Of a stretch of 31,209 nt of DNA, positions 18,022 through 26,825 are shown piece by piece. The first letter of the stretch is position 1. Every line of letters begins with the position of its first letter. The position numbers and the translations under genes are program-made. The notes beneath the pieces were generated by a model that worked only from the letters and a program-made list of their open reading frames with translations, ran no database searches and was not told the DNA's origin. This DNA is from an uncultured Candidatus Competibacteraceae bacterium (GTDB lineage: Bacteria; Pseudomonadota; Gammaproteobacteria; Competibacterales; Competibacteraceae): contig CAYMHN010000001.1 of the NCBI GenBank assembly GCA_964390235.1, positions 1-31,209 on the forward strand. The letters run 5' to 3'.

Positions 18022-18999
18022 TCAATCCGGCAGCCATCCCTGTTCGCGATAGTAACGCTCGGCCCCCGGATGCAAGGGGACCGACAGGCCGTCGCTGATC
18101 ATCTCGGCCGGAGCCAGCGCCATGAACGCCGGGTGCAGGGTGCGAAAGGTATCCAGTTCGTCGAATACCGTTCGTACTATGGCATAGGCGCTGGCCTCGT
18201 CCAAGCGGGTGGTGGCGACGACGGTGGCCTTGACGCCGAAGCTGCGGACCGGGTCCGGGTTGTTCGGGTACAGCCTGCCCGGGATATCCATATAGGCATA
18301 GTAGGGGTTGCCGGCGACCAGTTCGTCGATGGTGGGGTCGCTGACCTCCACCACCACGGCATCGCACAGATCCACCGCCTGGTTGACCGAATCATTAGGA
18401 TGACCGACGGTGTAGACCATGGCCTGGACCCGGTCATGGCACAGCGCCATGGATTGCTCCGCGGCCGACAGTTCGTTGGCCAGGGCGAAGCTGCCGCGGG
18501 TCCAGCCCTTGGCCGCCATGACCACCTCCATGGTGGCGCGCTGGCCGGAGCCGGGGTTACCGATATTGACCCGTTTGCCGACTAGGTCGTCCAGGCTTTC
18601 GATCCCGGAATCGACCCGCGCCACCAGCGTGAACGGCTCGCCATGCACCGAGAACAAGGCCCGTAGTTCCTGGTTCGGCCCGCTATCCCGAAACGGGCCG
18701 GTGCCTTGACCGGCATGGTATTGCCAGTCCGACTGGACCACCGCCAGGTCGAGTTCACCGGCTTGCAGACTGCGCAAATTGGCGATCGAACCGTCGGTGG
18801 CCAGAGGTTCGCAGCGCAGGCCGTGATCGGCGCTGCCGTAGTTGATCAGCCGACACATCGCCCGACCGACCTGGAAGTAGATTCCGGCCCGACTGGCAGT
18901 GCCGATGGTGATTTCGGTGGCGGTGGCGGGCAGTGCGGTGGTGCCGAGTACAGCGGCCAGCAACAGCCCGCAACCGGTAAATCCGAAGCCCTGTTTCAT
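18022..18999 (-). CDS. TAXI-family TRAP solute-binding protein (copy 1)
   Basis: Signal peptide, VQSDWQ, KRVNIGNPGSGQRAT, VGHPN, PLHPGAERYY; SD GGAGGAG. Confidence 0.92.
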   Translation of the reverse strand: MKQGFGFTGCGLLLAAVLGTTALPATATEITIGTASRAGIYFQVGRAMCRLINYGSADHGLRCEPLATDGSIANLRSLQAGELDLAVVQSDWQYHAGQGTGPFRDSGPNQELRALFSVHGEPFTLVARVDSGIESLDDLVGKRVNIGNPGSGQRATMEVVMAAKGWTRGSFALANELSAAEQSMALCHDRVQAMVYTVGHPNDSVNQAVDLCDAVVVEVSDPTIDELVAGNPYYAYMDIPGRLYPNNPDPVRSFGVKATVVATTRLDEASAYAIVRTVFDELDTFRTLHPAFMALAPAEMISDGLSVPLHPGAERYYREQGWLPD

Positions 19000-19065
19000 T
19001 AACTGTCTCCTCCCTGGCTGGTAGTCCGAAGTGGAGTCATGGTGGCCGTCCGTCGGTGGGAGGGT

Positions 19066-19085
19066 GGCCGGGCCAGGGCCCGGCC
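19066..19085 (-). other. GC-rich intercistronic hairpin
   Basis: GGCCGGGCC-AG-GGCCCGGCC perfect inverted repeat 13 nt after the TAXI copy-2 stop; no U-tract. Confidence 0.6.
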
Positions 19086-19098
19086 GGTGGAATCGGGC

Positions 19099-20067
19099 TT
19101 ACATCCAGCCCTGTTCCTTGAAATACCGCTCCGAACCCGCGTGCAGCTGAGCCGACAGGCCGTTGCGCATCATGCCCTCGGGGGTCAGATTGGCAAACGC
19201 CGGATGCAGTTGCTTGAAACGGTCGAAGTTTTCGAACACGGCCTTGACCACCTGGTAGATGGTGTCTTCATCGACATTGGTCGAGGAGACGAAGGTGGCG
19301 GCCACGCCGAAGGTCTCGATGTCGTCGGGATTGCCCGTGTACATGCCGCCCGGGATCGTCGCCTTGGCGTAGTACGGATTGTCGCCGACCAGATGGTCGA
19401 TATCGTCACCGGTGACCGGTATCACCAGGGTCTCGCAGGACGTGGTGGCTTCCTGGATCGAGCCGTTGGGGTGGCCCACCACGTAGACGATGGCATCGAC
19501 CCGATTGTCGCACAGGGCCTGGGACTGCTCGGCGGCGCCCAACTCGGAGGCGAGCGAAAAATCGCCGCGGGTCCAGCCGCGCAGCCCCATGATCACCTCG
19601 ATGGTGGCGCGCTGGCCGGAGCCGGGGTTGCCGATGTTGACCCGCTTGCCCTTGAGATCATCGAAGGTTCTGATGCCGGAATCGGCGCGGGCCAGTACCG
19701 TGAACGGTTCCGGATGCACCGCGAATACCGCCCGCAACTCTTCGAAGGGGCCTTGCGCCTCGAAGGCGCCCACGCCATTCAAGGCGTTGAACTGCTGGTC
19801 GGACTGGGCCACGCCCATTTCCTGTTCGCCGGCCCGGATGGCGTTCAGATTGGCCACCGAGCCACCGGTCGAGGGTGCCGTGCAGCGGATGCCGTGCGCG
19901 CCGGTTTCGCGGTTGACCAGTCGGCAGATGGATTGCCCGACCGCGTAGTACACGCCGGTCTGGCCGCCGGTGCCGATGTTGATGAACTTGTCCTGGGCGA
20001 CGACGGGTGTTGCCGAGGCTGCGGCAAGTAATGCCGTGGTCAGAGTAGCGAGTGCGAGATGTTTCAT
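19099..20067 (-). CDS. TAXI-family TRAP solute-binding protein (copy 2; canonical Glu/Gln-binding type)
   Basis: IGTGGQTGVYY, STGGSVAN, AQSDQQ, GNPGSGQRAT, VGHPNGSIQEATTSC; SD AGGAGG. Confidence 0.93.
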   Translation of the reverse strand: MKHLALATLTTALLAAASATPVVAQDKFINIGTGGQTGVYYAVGQSICRLVNRETGAHGIRCTAPSTGGSVANLNAIRAGEQEMGVAQSDQQFNALNGVGAFEAQGPFEELRAVFAVHPEPFTVLARADSGIRTFDDLKGKRVNIGNPGSGQRATIEVIMGLRGWTRGDFSLASELGAAEQSQALCDNRVDAIVYVVGHPNGSIQEATTSCETLVIPVTGDDIDHLVGDNPYYAKATIPGGMYTGNPDDIETFGVAATFVSSTNVDEDTIYQVVKAVFENFDRFKQLHPAFANLTPEGMMRNGLSAQLHAGSERYFKEQGWM

Positions 20068-20181
20068 GAGATTGTGTATCCTCCTGGGTTCGCTGTTTGG
20101 AGCTTGGATTCACGCCATTATTGCCGGTGGCGGTATTGGCGTTGACGACAATGATAAACCAATTTTTTGTCGGCTTGACAG

Positions 20182-20190
20182 TGTTAGAAT
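20182..20190 (+). promoter_or_regulatory. Candidate extended -10 promoter for TAXI copy 3
   Basis: TG-T-TAGAAT at 20182-20190, ending 42 nt before the ATG; SD GAGGAG at 20222-20227. Confidence 0.4.
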
Positions 20191-20232
20191 GCCGCGAATA
20201 TTCCTAATGATAGGCTAAACCGAGGAGATTGC

Positions 20233-21216
20233 ATGGCCCGGTGGTTATCGACTTGGGTGTTTACCGGCTTGATGATCGTGCTGAGTGCCGGTGTTCAGGC
20301 CAGCGATACCCCCTTGATTACCCTGGGTACCGGCGCACTCGACGGAGTCTACCATCCCACCGGGGTCGCCATCTGTAATCTGCTCAACCGCCAGCGTCCC
20401 GAGCATGGCATCGGCTGCATCCCGCGCAATAGCGAGGGTTCCATCGACAATCTGCAAGCCTTGCGCAACGGGGACGTCGACCTGGCGATCGTGCAGTCCG
20501 ACTGGCAGTACCATGCTTTTCATGGCAGCGCGGCATTCGTCGCGGTGGGACCGGACCCTGATCTGAGGTCGATCCTGTCACTGCACACCGAGGCCTACAC
20601 CGTGGTGGTCCGAGCCGATGACGGTATTGTTGAGCTGGAGGATCTGAAGGGGCGGCGGGTCAATATCGGCCCCTTGGGCTCGGGCCAGCGCGCTACCACC
20701 GAGCTGTTGCTGGATACTCCGGGCTGGCGACGTGACGAGTTCGCCGCACTGACCGAGTTCGAACCGGGCTGGCAGACCGTGGCCTTGTGCGACAACCTGG
20801 TGGACGCCATCGTGTTCATCGTGGGCCATCCCAACCGTTCGGTTCTGGAAACCACCACCACCTGCGAGTCGCGGCTGATCCCGGTGGCGGGGCCGGCGGT
20901 CGATGCACTGGTCGATACCCAGCCCTATTACGTGCATACCACGATTCCCGGCGGAATGTATCGCAACAACCCCGATCCGATCGCCACTTTCGGCGGCAAG
21001 GCGACCCTGGTGGCGCGGGCCGGCTTGTCCGAGCGCATCGTCCATACCCTGGTCGAGTCGGTATTCGGTCATCTGGAAGAGCTGCAACGGGCGCATCCGG
21101 CGCTGGCGCTGCTGGATCCTGAGGCGATGGCCGGAGAGGGGCTGACGGCGCCCTTGCATCCGGGTGCGGAACGCTATTTCCGTGAGACGGGTCTACTCGG
21201 CGGCCTTGCCGATTAG
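20233..21216 (+). CDS. TAXI-family TRAP solute-binding protein (copy 3, divergent)
   Basis: LGTG..GVYH, VQSDWQ, RVNIGPLGSGQRAT, VGHPN, APLHPGAERYF. Confidence 0.92.
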   Translation: MARWLSTWVFTGLMIVLSAGVQASDTPLITLGTGALDGVYHPTGVAICNLLNRQRPEHGIGCIPRNSEGSIDNLQALRNGDVDLAIVQSDWQYHAFHGSAAFVAVGPDPDLRSILSLHTEAYTVVVRADDGIVELEDLKGRRVNIGPLGSGQRATTELLLDTPGWRRDEFAALTEFEPGWQTVALCDNLVDAIVFIVGHPNRSVLETTTTCESRLIPVAGPAVDALVDTQPYYVHTTIPGGMYRNNPDPIATFGGKATLVARAGLSERIVHTLVESVFGHLEELQRAHPALALLDPEAMAGEGLTAPLHPGAERYFRETGLLGGLAD

Positions 21217-21392
21217 GAGCCAATGATATTCGTGCTTGCTGAGCACACCGATCGTTCTGGGTCGATGACACTGCCCGGATCAGATGATATCGTCGAACAA
21301 GTAATGGTAAAGTGAAGCGACAAACGCGATCTTTAATCATTGTCATGTCCTCCATGTCGTAGGGAGTTTTTTTACAGTAATAACAACGAACC

Positions 21393-24191
21393 ATGACCCT
21401 CGCGATCATCATATTGCTGCCCTTGTGCGGGGCCTTGCTTCCGGCATTGTTCCATGAGCGTCCGCGCTGGAGCGCCTGGCTGGCCGGTGGCGTCACGCTG
21501 TCGGCGCTGCTGCTGCTGATCACCCAGATGCCGGCGGTATTCGCCGGTGAGGTGCTGGTCGGCGGGGTCCAGTGGCTGCCGCAGTTCGGTCTGAACTTCA
21601 CCTTTCGCCTGGATGGACTGGGCCTGCTGTTTGCCGTGCTGATACTCGGCATCGGCCTGCTGATCGTGCTGTACGCCAATTACTATCTATCGGAAGCGGA
21701 GCCGATACCGCGCTTCTACAGCTTTCTGCTGCTATTCATGAGCGCCATGCTCGGCATCGTGCTGACCGAGAATCTGTTGCTGATGCTGATATTCTGGGAG
21801 CTGACCAGCCTCAGCTCCTTTCTGCTGATCGGTTACTGGAAACATCGCCCCGATGCCCGGCAGGGCGCGCGCATGGCCCTGGCGATCACCGGCGGGGGCG
21901 GGTTGGCGCTGTTCGCCGGTATTCTGCTGCTGGGCCATATCGTCGGCAGCTATGAACTGTCCGCCGTGCTGGCCGCTGGCGAGGAGATCAAGAATCACTC
22001 ACTGTACCTGCCCACCCTGATCCTGGTCCTGCTCGGGGCGATGACCAAATCGGCCCAGTTCCCGTTTCATTTCTGGCTACCGCATGCCATGGCCGCGCCC
22101 ACCCCGGTCAGCGCCTATCTGCACTCGGCGACCATGGTCAAGGCTGGTATCTTCCTGATGGCGCGGCTGTTCCCGGCCCTGGCCGGCACCGACCCGTGGT
22201 TCTACATCGTCAGCACCATGGGGCTGATCACCCTGGTACTCGGGGCCTACGTGGCCCTGCTCAAGCATGACCTCAAGGGCTTGCTGGCCTATTCCACCCT
22301 CAGCCATCTGGGTCTGATCACCCTGCTGCTCGGCATGGGCACGCCGATGAGCGAGGTGGCGGCGGTGTTCCACATCATCAACCACGCCATCTTCAAGGCC
22401 TCGCTGTTCATGGCCGCCGGCATCATCGACCACGAGTGCGGTACCCGCGACATGCGCCGTATCAATGGCCTGATCAAATACATGCCTTATACCGCCGCGC
22501 TGGCCATGGTGTCGGCGGCGGCCATGGCCGGGGTACCGTTGCTCAACGGCTTTCTCAGCAAGGAGATGTTCTTCACCGAAACCCTGCTGATCAGTGATGG
22601 ACCGGTCTATCATTGGGTGTTGCCCGGTCTCGCCACCCTGGCCGGCATCTTCTCGGTAGCCTATTCGATCCGCTTCATCCACGATGTATTCTTCAATGGC
22701 GAGCCGGTGGATCTGCCGCGCACCCCGCACGAACCGCCGCGCTGGATGAAGATCCCGGTCGAGATCCTGACCGCCCTGTGCCTGGCGGTGGGCACGGTGC
22801 CTGCTCTGATCGTCGGTCCGCTGCTGGCGGTGGCCGCCGCCAGCGTACTCGGGCCGATTCCGCTGCCGGAGTACAGCCTGCATATCTGGCACGGGTTCAA
22901 CCTGCCCCTGATGATGAGCATGACCGCAACGGCCGGCGGCGTGGTCGTCTATGTCTGTCGACACTGGTTTTTCCGCCTCCATGAGCGCCATCCCCTGCCC
23001 GAGGGCAAGCGGATCTTCGATCGGCTGCTGGCCGGCCTGATCCACCTCTGTGGCGAGCTGACCCGGCGCATGGAGAATGGCTCCCTGCAGCGCTATCTGC
23101 TGTTGCTGGTGATCGCCACCCTGGTGCCGGCCGGCCTGGCCTTGCTGGCCAGCGGCACGCTGCTCGGACCGGTGGGCATGCAGTCGCTGGACGGGTTGTC
23201 GCTGATCGTCGCGCTGATTCTGGCCGTGGCGACCCTGGGCACCGTGCTGCTGCATCGGCAGCGCCTGATCGCGATCATCCTGATCAGCGTGGTGGGACTG
23301 ATCGTGGCGCTGGCTTTCGTCCATTTCTCGGCGCCCGATCTGGCGCTCACCCAGCTGTCGGTGGAGATGGTGTCCATCGTGCTGCTGCTGCTGGCCCTGT
23401 ATTTTCTCCCCCAGCAGTCGCCGCAGGAGTCGTCGCCCGGGCGTCGCTGGCGCGATGGCCTGATCGCCGGCGTGGCCGGTCTGGGCGTGGCGGCGCTGGC
23501 CTGGGGGGTGCTCACCCGACCGTTGCAGAGCATTTCCGATTACTTTCTGGCCAACAGCGTGCCCGGTGGCGGTGGTACCAATGTGGTCAACGTGATTCTG
23601 GTCGACTTCCGCGGCTTCGATACCCTGGGCGAGATCGCGGTACTGGGCATCGCCGCCCTGGGCATATTCGCCATGCTCAAGGGACTGGCCCTGCAAGGCT
23701 TGCCTCATGACCCCCAAGGGCGTCCCTGGTCGATCGATCCGCAGCCACTGATGTTACGTACCATTGCTCAGCCAGCGCTGCCGCTGATGCTGCTGGTCGC
23801 GGCGTATATCTTTCTGCGTGGCCATAATCTGCCCGGCGGCGGGTTCATCGCCGGCCTGGTGGCGGCGCTGGCCATCATCTTGCAGTATCTGGCCGGTGGC
23901 GTGGTCTGGACCCGGGAGCGGTTGCCGGTCGATTACAGCAAGCTGATCGGCATTGGCCTGCTGTGCGCCGTGCTGACCGGACTGGGCAGCTGGGTGGTGG
24001 GTTACCCGTTCCTGACCTCGGCGTTCACTTATCTGCACTGGCCGGTGGTGGGTAAGTTCGAAGTGGCCAGCGTGATCGCCTTTGATCTGGGCGTGTTTCT
24101 GACCGTGGTGGCGGTGGTGCTGATGATCATCCATCATCTCGGCGCCGCCGCCCATGTGGCGCGCGCCGATTCATCCCGAGGGAGTGCCTGA
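21393..24191 (+). CDS. mrpA: Mrp/Pha monovalent cation/H+ antiporter subunit A with fused B domain
   Basis: 932 aa; FWELTSLSSFLLIG, KSAQFPFHFWLPHAMAAPTPVSAYLHSATMVKAG, DFRGFDTLGE, C-terminal MrpB motif GHNLPGGGFIAG. Confidence 0.95.
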   Translation: MTLAIIILLPLCGALLPALFHERPRWSAWLAGGVTLSALLLLITQMPAVFAGEVLVGGVQWLPQFGLNFTFRLDGLGLLFAVLILGIGLLIVLYANYYLSEAEPIPRFYSFLLLFMSAMLGIVLTENLLLMLIFWELTSLSSFLLIGYWKHRPDARQGARMALAITGGGGLALFAGILLLGHIVGSYELSAVLAAGEEIKNHSLYLPTLILVLLGAMTKSAQFPFHFWLPHAMAAPTPVSAYLHSATMVKAGIFLMARLFPALAGTDPWFYIVSTMGLITLVLGAYVALLKHDLKGLLAYSTLSHLGLITLLLGMGTPMSEVAAVFHIINHAIFKASLFMAAGIIDHECGTRDMRRINGLIKYMPYTAALAMVSAAAMAGVPLLNGFLSKEMFFTETLLISDGPVYHWVLPGLATLAGIFSVAYSIRFIHDVFFNGEPVDLPRTPHEPPRWMKIPVEILTALCLAVGTVPALIVGPLLAVAAASVLGPIPLPEYSLHIWHGFNLPLMMSMTATAGGVVVYVCRHWFFRLHERHPLPEGKRIFDRLLAGLIHLCGELTRRMENGSLQRYLLLLVIATLVPAGLALLASGTLLGPVGMQSLDGLSLIVALILAVATLGTVLLHRQRLIAIILISVVGLIVALAFVHFSAPDLALTQLSVEMVSIVLLLLALYFLPQQSPQESSPGRRWRDGLIAGVAGLGVAALAWGVLTRPLQSISDYFLANSVPGGGGTNVVNVILVDFRGFDTLGEIAVLGIAALGIFAMLKGLALQGLPHDPQGRPWSIDPQPLMLRTIAQPALPLMLLVAAYIFLRGHNLPGGGFIAGLVAALAIILQYLAGGVVWTRERLPVDYSKLIGIGLLCAVLTGLGSWVVGYPFLTSAFTYLHWPVVGKFEVASVIAFDLGVFLTVVAVVLMIIHHLGAAAHVARADSSRGSA

Positions 24192-24192
24192 T

Positions 24193-24525
24193 TTGGAAGC
24201 TCTGGTCGCAATCAGCCTCGGCCTGATGACGGGCTGTGGTGTCTATCTGTTGCTGCGTGCCCGCACCTTTCCGGTGATACTCGGACTGATCCTGCTGGGT
24301 TACGCGGTCAACGTGTTCCTGTTCGTGATGGGCCGCTTGACCAGCAGCCTGCCGCCGGTGATCGGATTGCTGGAAGGCGGTTATGCCGACCCGCTGCCGC
24401 AGGCCCTGGTGCTCACGGCCATCGTGATCGGCTTCGGCATGATCGCCTTCGTGGTGGTCCTGGCTTTGAAGGCCCGGGTCGATCTCGGCACGGATCATGT
24501 CGATGGCCAGGAGTCGCGGCAATGA
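24193..24525 (+). CDS. mrpC: Mrp antiporter subunit C
   Basis: DPLPQALVLTAIVIGF motif; TTG start at 24193 (MEALVAI) with GGGAG upstream. Confidence 0.92.
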   Translation: MEALVAISLGLMTGCGVYLLLRARTFPVILGLILLGYAVNVFLFVMGRLTSSLPPVIGLLEGGYADPLPQALVLTAIVIGFGMIAFVVVLALKARVDLGTDHVDGQESRQ

Positions 24526-26048
24526 TGCATGGTCTGTTCCTGGCGGTGTTGCTGCCGCTGCTGGCCGGCATCGTGCAGTTGCTGGTCAGGCCACTGGCCG
24601 TCCAGCGCCGGATCGGCCTGACCGTGACCGGCTTGTTGCTGCTGGTCGGCGTGTGGCTGTTCATCAGCGTCGTCGATGGCAGTTACCGGACCTACCATCT
24701 GGGTAACTGGCTGCCACCCTTTGGCATCGTCCTGGTGCTGGATCGACTCAGCGCCCTGATGCTGCTGCTAACCGCGCTGGTGGCCACGGGCAGTCTGCTG
24801 TATGCGGTCAGCACCGAGGTCGATGAGCGCGGCAGCTTTTTCCATGCGCTGTTCCAGTTCCAGCTGTTCGGTCTGAACGGTGCCTTTCTGACCGGCGATC
24901 TGTTCAATCTGTTCGTGTTCTTCGAGATCCTGTTGATCGCCTCCTACGGTCTGCTGCTGCACGGTGGAGGCAGGCGCGTGACCCGGGCCGGCCTGCACTA
25001 TGTGGTGCTTAATCTGGCCGGATCGACCTTGTTCCTGTTCGCCGTCGGCGTGCTGTATGGCATCACCGGCACCCTCAATATGGCCGACCTGGCGCTCAGG
25101 GTCGCCACCGCCGATCCGGCCGACAGCGGCCTGCTGCGGGCCAGTGGCCTGATCCTGCTGGTGGTGTTCGCGCTCAAGGCCGCCCTGTTGCCCTTGTATT
25201 TCTGGTTGCCCAAAGCCTATGGCAGCACCAGCGCGCCGGTTGCCGCGCTGTTTGCCATCATGACCAAAGTGGGTATTTATTCGATCATCCGGGTCTACAC
25301 GCTGATCTTCGGCCCGCAAGCCGGGGTGGTGGCGAATGTGGCCGATCCCTGGGTGTTGCCGCTGGCCCTGGCCACGCTGATCGCGGGTACCCTGGGCGTG
25401 TTGTCCAGCCGCAATCTGCGCCAGCAGCTGGCCTATTTCGTGGTGGTCTCGGTCGGTACGCTGCTGGTCGCGGTCGGTCTGTTCAGCGAAATCGGTCTGA
25501 CGGCGGCGCTGGTTTACATGATCCATACCACGCTGGTGACGGCCGGCATGTTTCTGCTGGCCGATCTGATCGGTCGTCAGCGGGGTGGCCTGGACATGAC
25601 GCCGGCACCCGGGGTTGCTCAGCCCCTGCTGCTGGGGGTGCTGTTTTTCGGCGGCGCGGCGGCCTTGACCGGACTGCCGCCCTTGAGCGGTTTTCTGGCC
25701 AAGCTGATGATCTTGCAGGCGGCCGGCGAGGGTGTGGCCGGCGGTTGGAGCTGGGGGGTGATACTGAGCACCAGTCTGCTCGGTGTCGTGGCCCTGAGCC
25801 GCAGCGGCAGTGCCCTGTTCTGGGGGGTCGAGAGCGGGCTGGCGGTGACGCCCCGTCCGGCTTCCCTATGGCAATCGACGCCGGCGCTCGCCCTGTTGGC
25901 GCTGAGTCCCCTGCTGGTGGCGCTGGGCAGTCCGGTGACCGGCTTTGCCGAGGCCACCGCGCGCCAACTCGGGCAGCCGGGGGAGTACATCGAGCAGGTG
26001 CTGGGCCGTGACCACATCGATCAATGGCGGACCCGGCTGGAGGAATGA
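24522..26048 (+). CDS. mrpD: Mrp antiporter subunit D
   Basis: GNWLPPFGIVLVLDRLS, GDLFNLFVFFEILLIASY, MTKVGIY; ATGA overlap. Confidence 0.94.
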   Translation: MMHGLFLAVLLPLLAGIVQLLVRPLAVQRRIGLTVTGLLLLVGVWLFISVVDGSYRTYHLGNWLPPFGIVLVLDRLSALMLLLTALVATGSLLYAVSTEVDERGSFFHALFQFQLFGLNGAFLTGDLFNLFVFFEILLIASYGLLLHGGGRRVTRAGLHYVVLNLAGSTLFLFAVGVLYGITGTLNMADLALRVATADPADSGLLRASGLILLVVFALKAALLPLYFWLPKAYGSTSAPVAALFAIMTKVGIYSIIRVYTLIFGPQAGVVANVADPWVLPLALATLIAGTLGVLSSRNLRQQLAYFVVVSVGTLLVAVGLFSEIGLTAALVYMIHTTLVTAGMFLLADLIGRQRGGLDMTPAPGVAQPLLLGVLFFGGAAALTGLPPLSGFLAKLMILQAAGEGVAGGWSWGVILSTSLLGVVALSRSGSALFWGVESGLAVTPRPASLWQSTPALALLALSPLLVALGSPVTGFAEATARQLGQPGEYIEQVLGRDHIDQWRTRLEE

Positions 26049-26051
26049 CCC

Positions 26052-26546
26052 ATGGTACCGCGATTTCATTGGTTGCCCCAACCCGTGCTGAGCATCGTGC
26101 TGCTGCTGACCTGGCTGCTGCTGGTCAATAGCGTGGAGCCGGGCCATATCGTGCTGGGAGCGATACTGGGCCTGACCATACCCTGGTTCACGGCCCGCTT
26201 CTGGCCGGAGCGCACCCGCTGGCGCAAGCCGTTTCGTCTGGTCGGCTACCTCGCGGTGGTGCTGTACGACATCGTGGTCGCCAATATCGAGGTGGCGCGC
26301 ATCATTCTGATGCGGCCGCGACAGGTGCATTCCGGGTTCATCTGGCTGCCGCTGGACCTGACCGACGAATTCGCCATCACCGTGCTGGCCAATACCATCA
26401 GCCTGACGCCGGGCACGGTGTCGACCAGTTTCGACGCGGAGGGGCATCGTCTGCTGATCCACTGCCTCGACGTGACCGATGAAGCGGCCCAGATCGCGCT
26501 AATCAAGCAGCGCTACGAGCGCCGCCTGCTGGAGGTATTCGAATGA
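26052..26546 (+). CDS. mrpE: Mrp antiporter subunit E
   Basis: LANTISLTPGT, LLIHCLD, IKQRYE motifs. Confidence 0.92.
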   Translation: MVPRFHWLPQPVLSIVLLLTWLLLVNSVEPGHIVLGAILGLTIPWFTARFWPERTRWRKPFRLVGYLAVVLYDIVVANIEVARIILMRPRQVHSGFIWLPLDLTDEFAITVLANTISLTPGTVSTSFDAEGHRLLIHCLDVTDEAAQIALIKQRYERRLLEVFE

Positions 26547-26815
26547 TTCTGCAACTGGCGATCCTGATCAGCTATGCGGCCATCGGCTTGGCTTTGCTGA
26601 TGACGACCTGGCGTCTGTGGCACGGGCCCGGTTTGCCCGATCGGGTGATGGCCCTGGACAAGCTGTACATCAATACCGTGGCCTTGCTGATGGTGCTCGG
26701 CATCGATCTGGGCAGCAACGTGTTTTTCGAAGCGGCTCTGCTGATCGCCCTGATGGGGTTCATCGGCACGATTGCCGCCTGCAAATACATCACCAGCGGC
26801 GATATCGTGCAATGA
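26543..26815 (+). CDS. mrpF: Mrp antiporter subunit F
   Basis: GPGLPDRVMALD, three TM helices, ATGA overlap. Confidence 0.9.
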   Translation: MILQLAILISYAAIGLALLMTTWRLWHGPGLPDRVMALDKLYINTVALLMVLGIDLGSNVFFEAALLIALMGFIGTIAACKYITSGDIVQ

Positions 26816-26825
26816 GGATCGTGCC

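Noticed and set aside
18500-19650. Near-identical 25-30 nt stretches shared by TAXI copies 1 and 2 as a DNA repeat or DGR TR/VR pair
   Set aside because: They encode the conserved RVNIGNPGSGQRAT motif, with differences at synonymous positions; ordinary paralogy.
20112-20142. ACGCCA..TGGCGT hairpin in the TAXI copy-2 leader
   Set aside because: It is stable mainly on the + strand through G-U pairs; on the transcribed - strand these become mismatches, so support is weak.
21393-24191. MrpA-MrpB fusion and absence of a separate mrpB as a novelty
   Set aside because: This is the known group-2 Mrp/Pha architecture.
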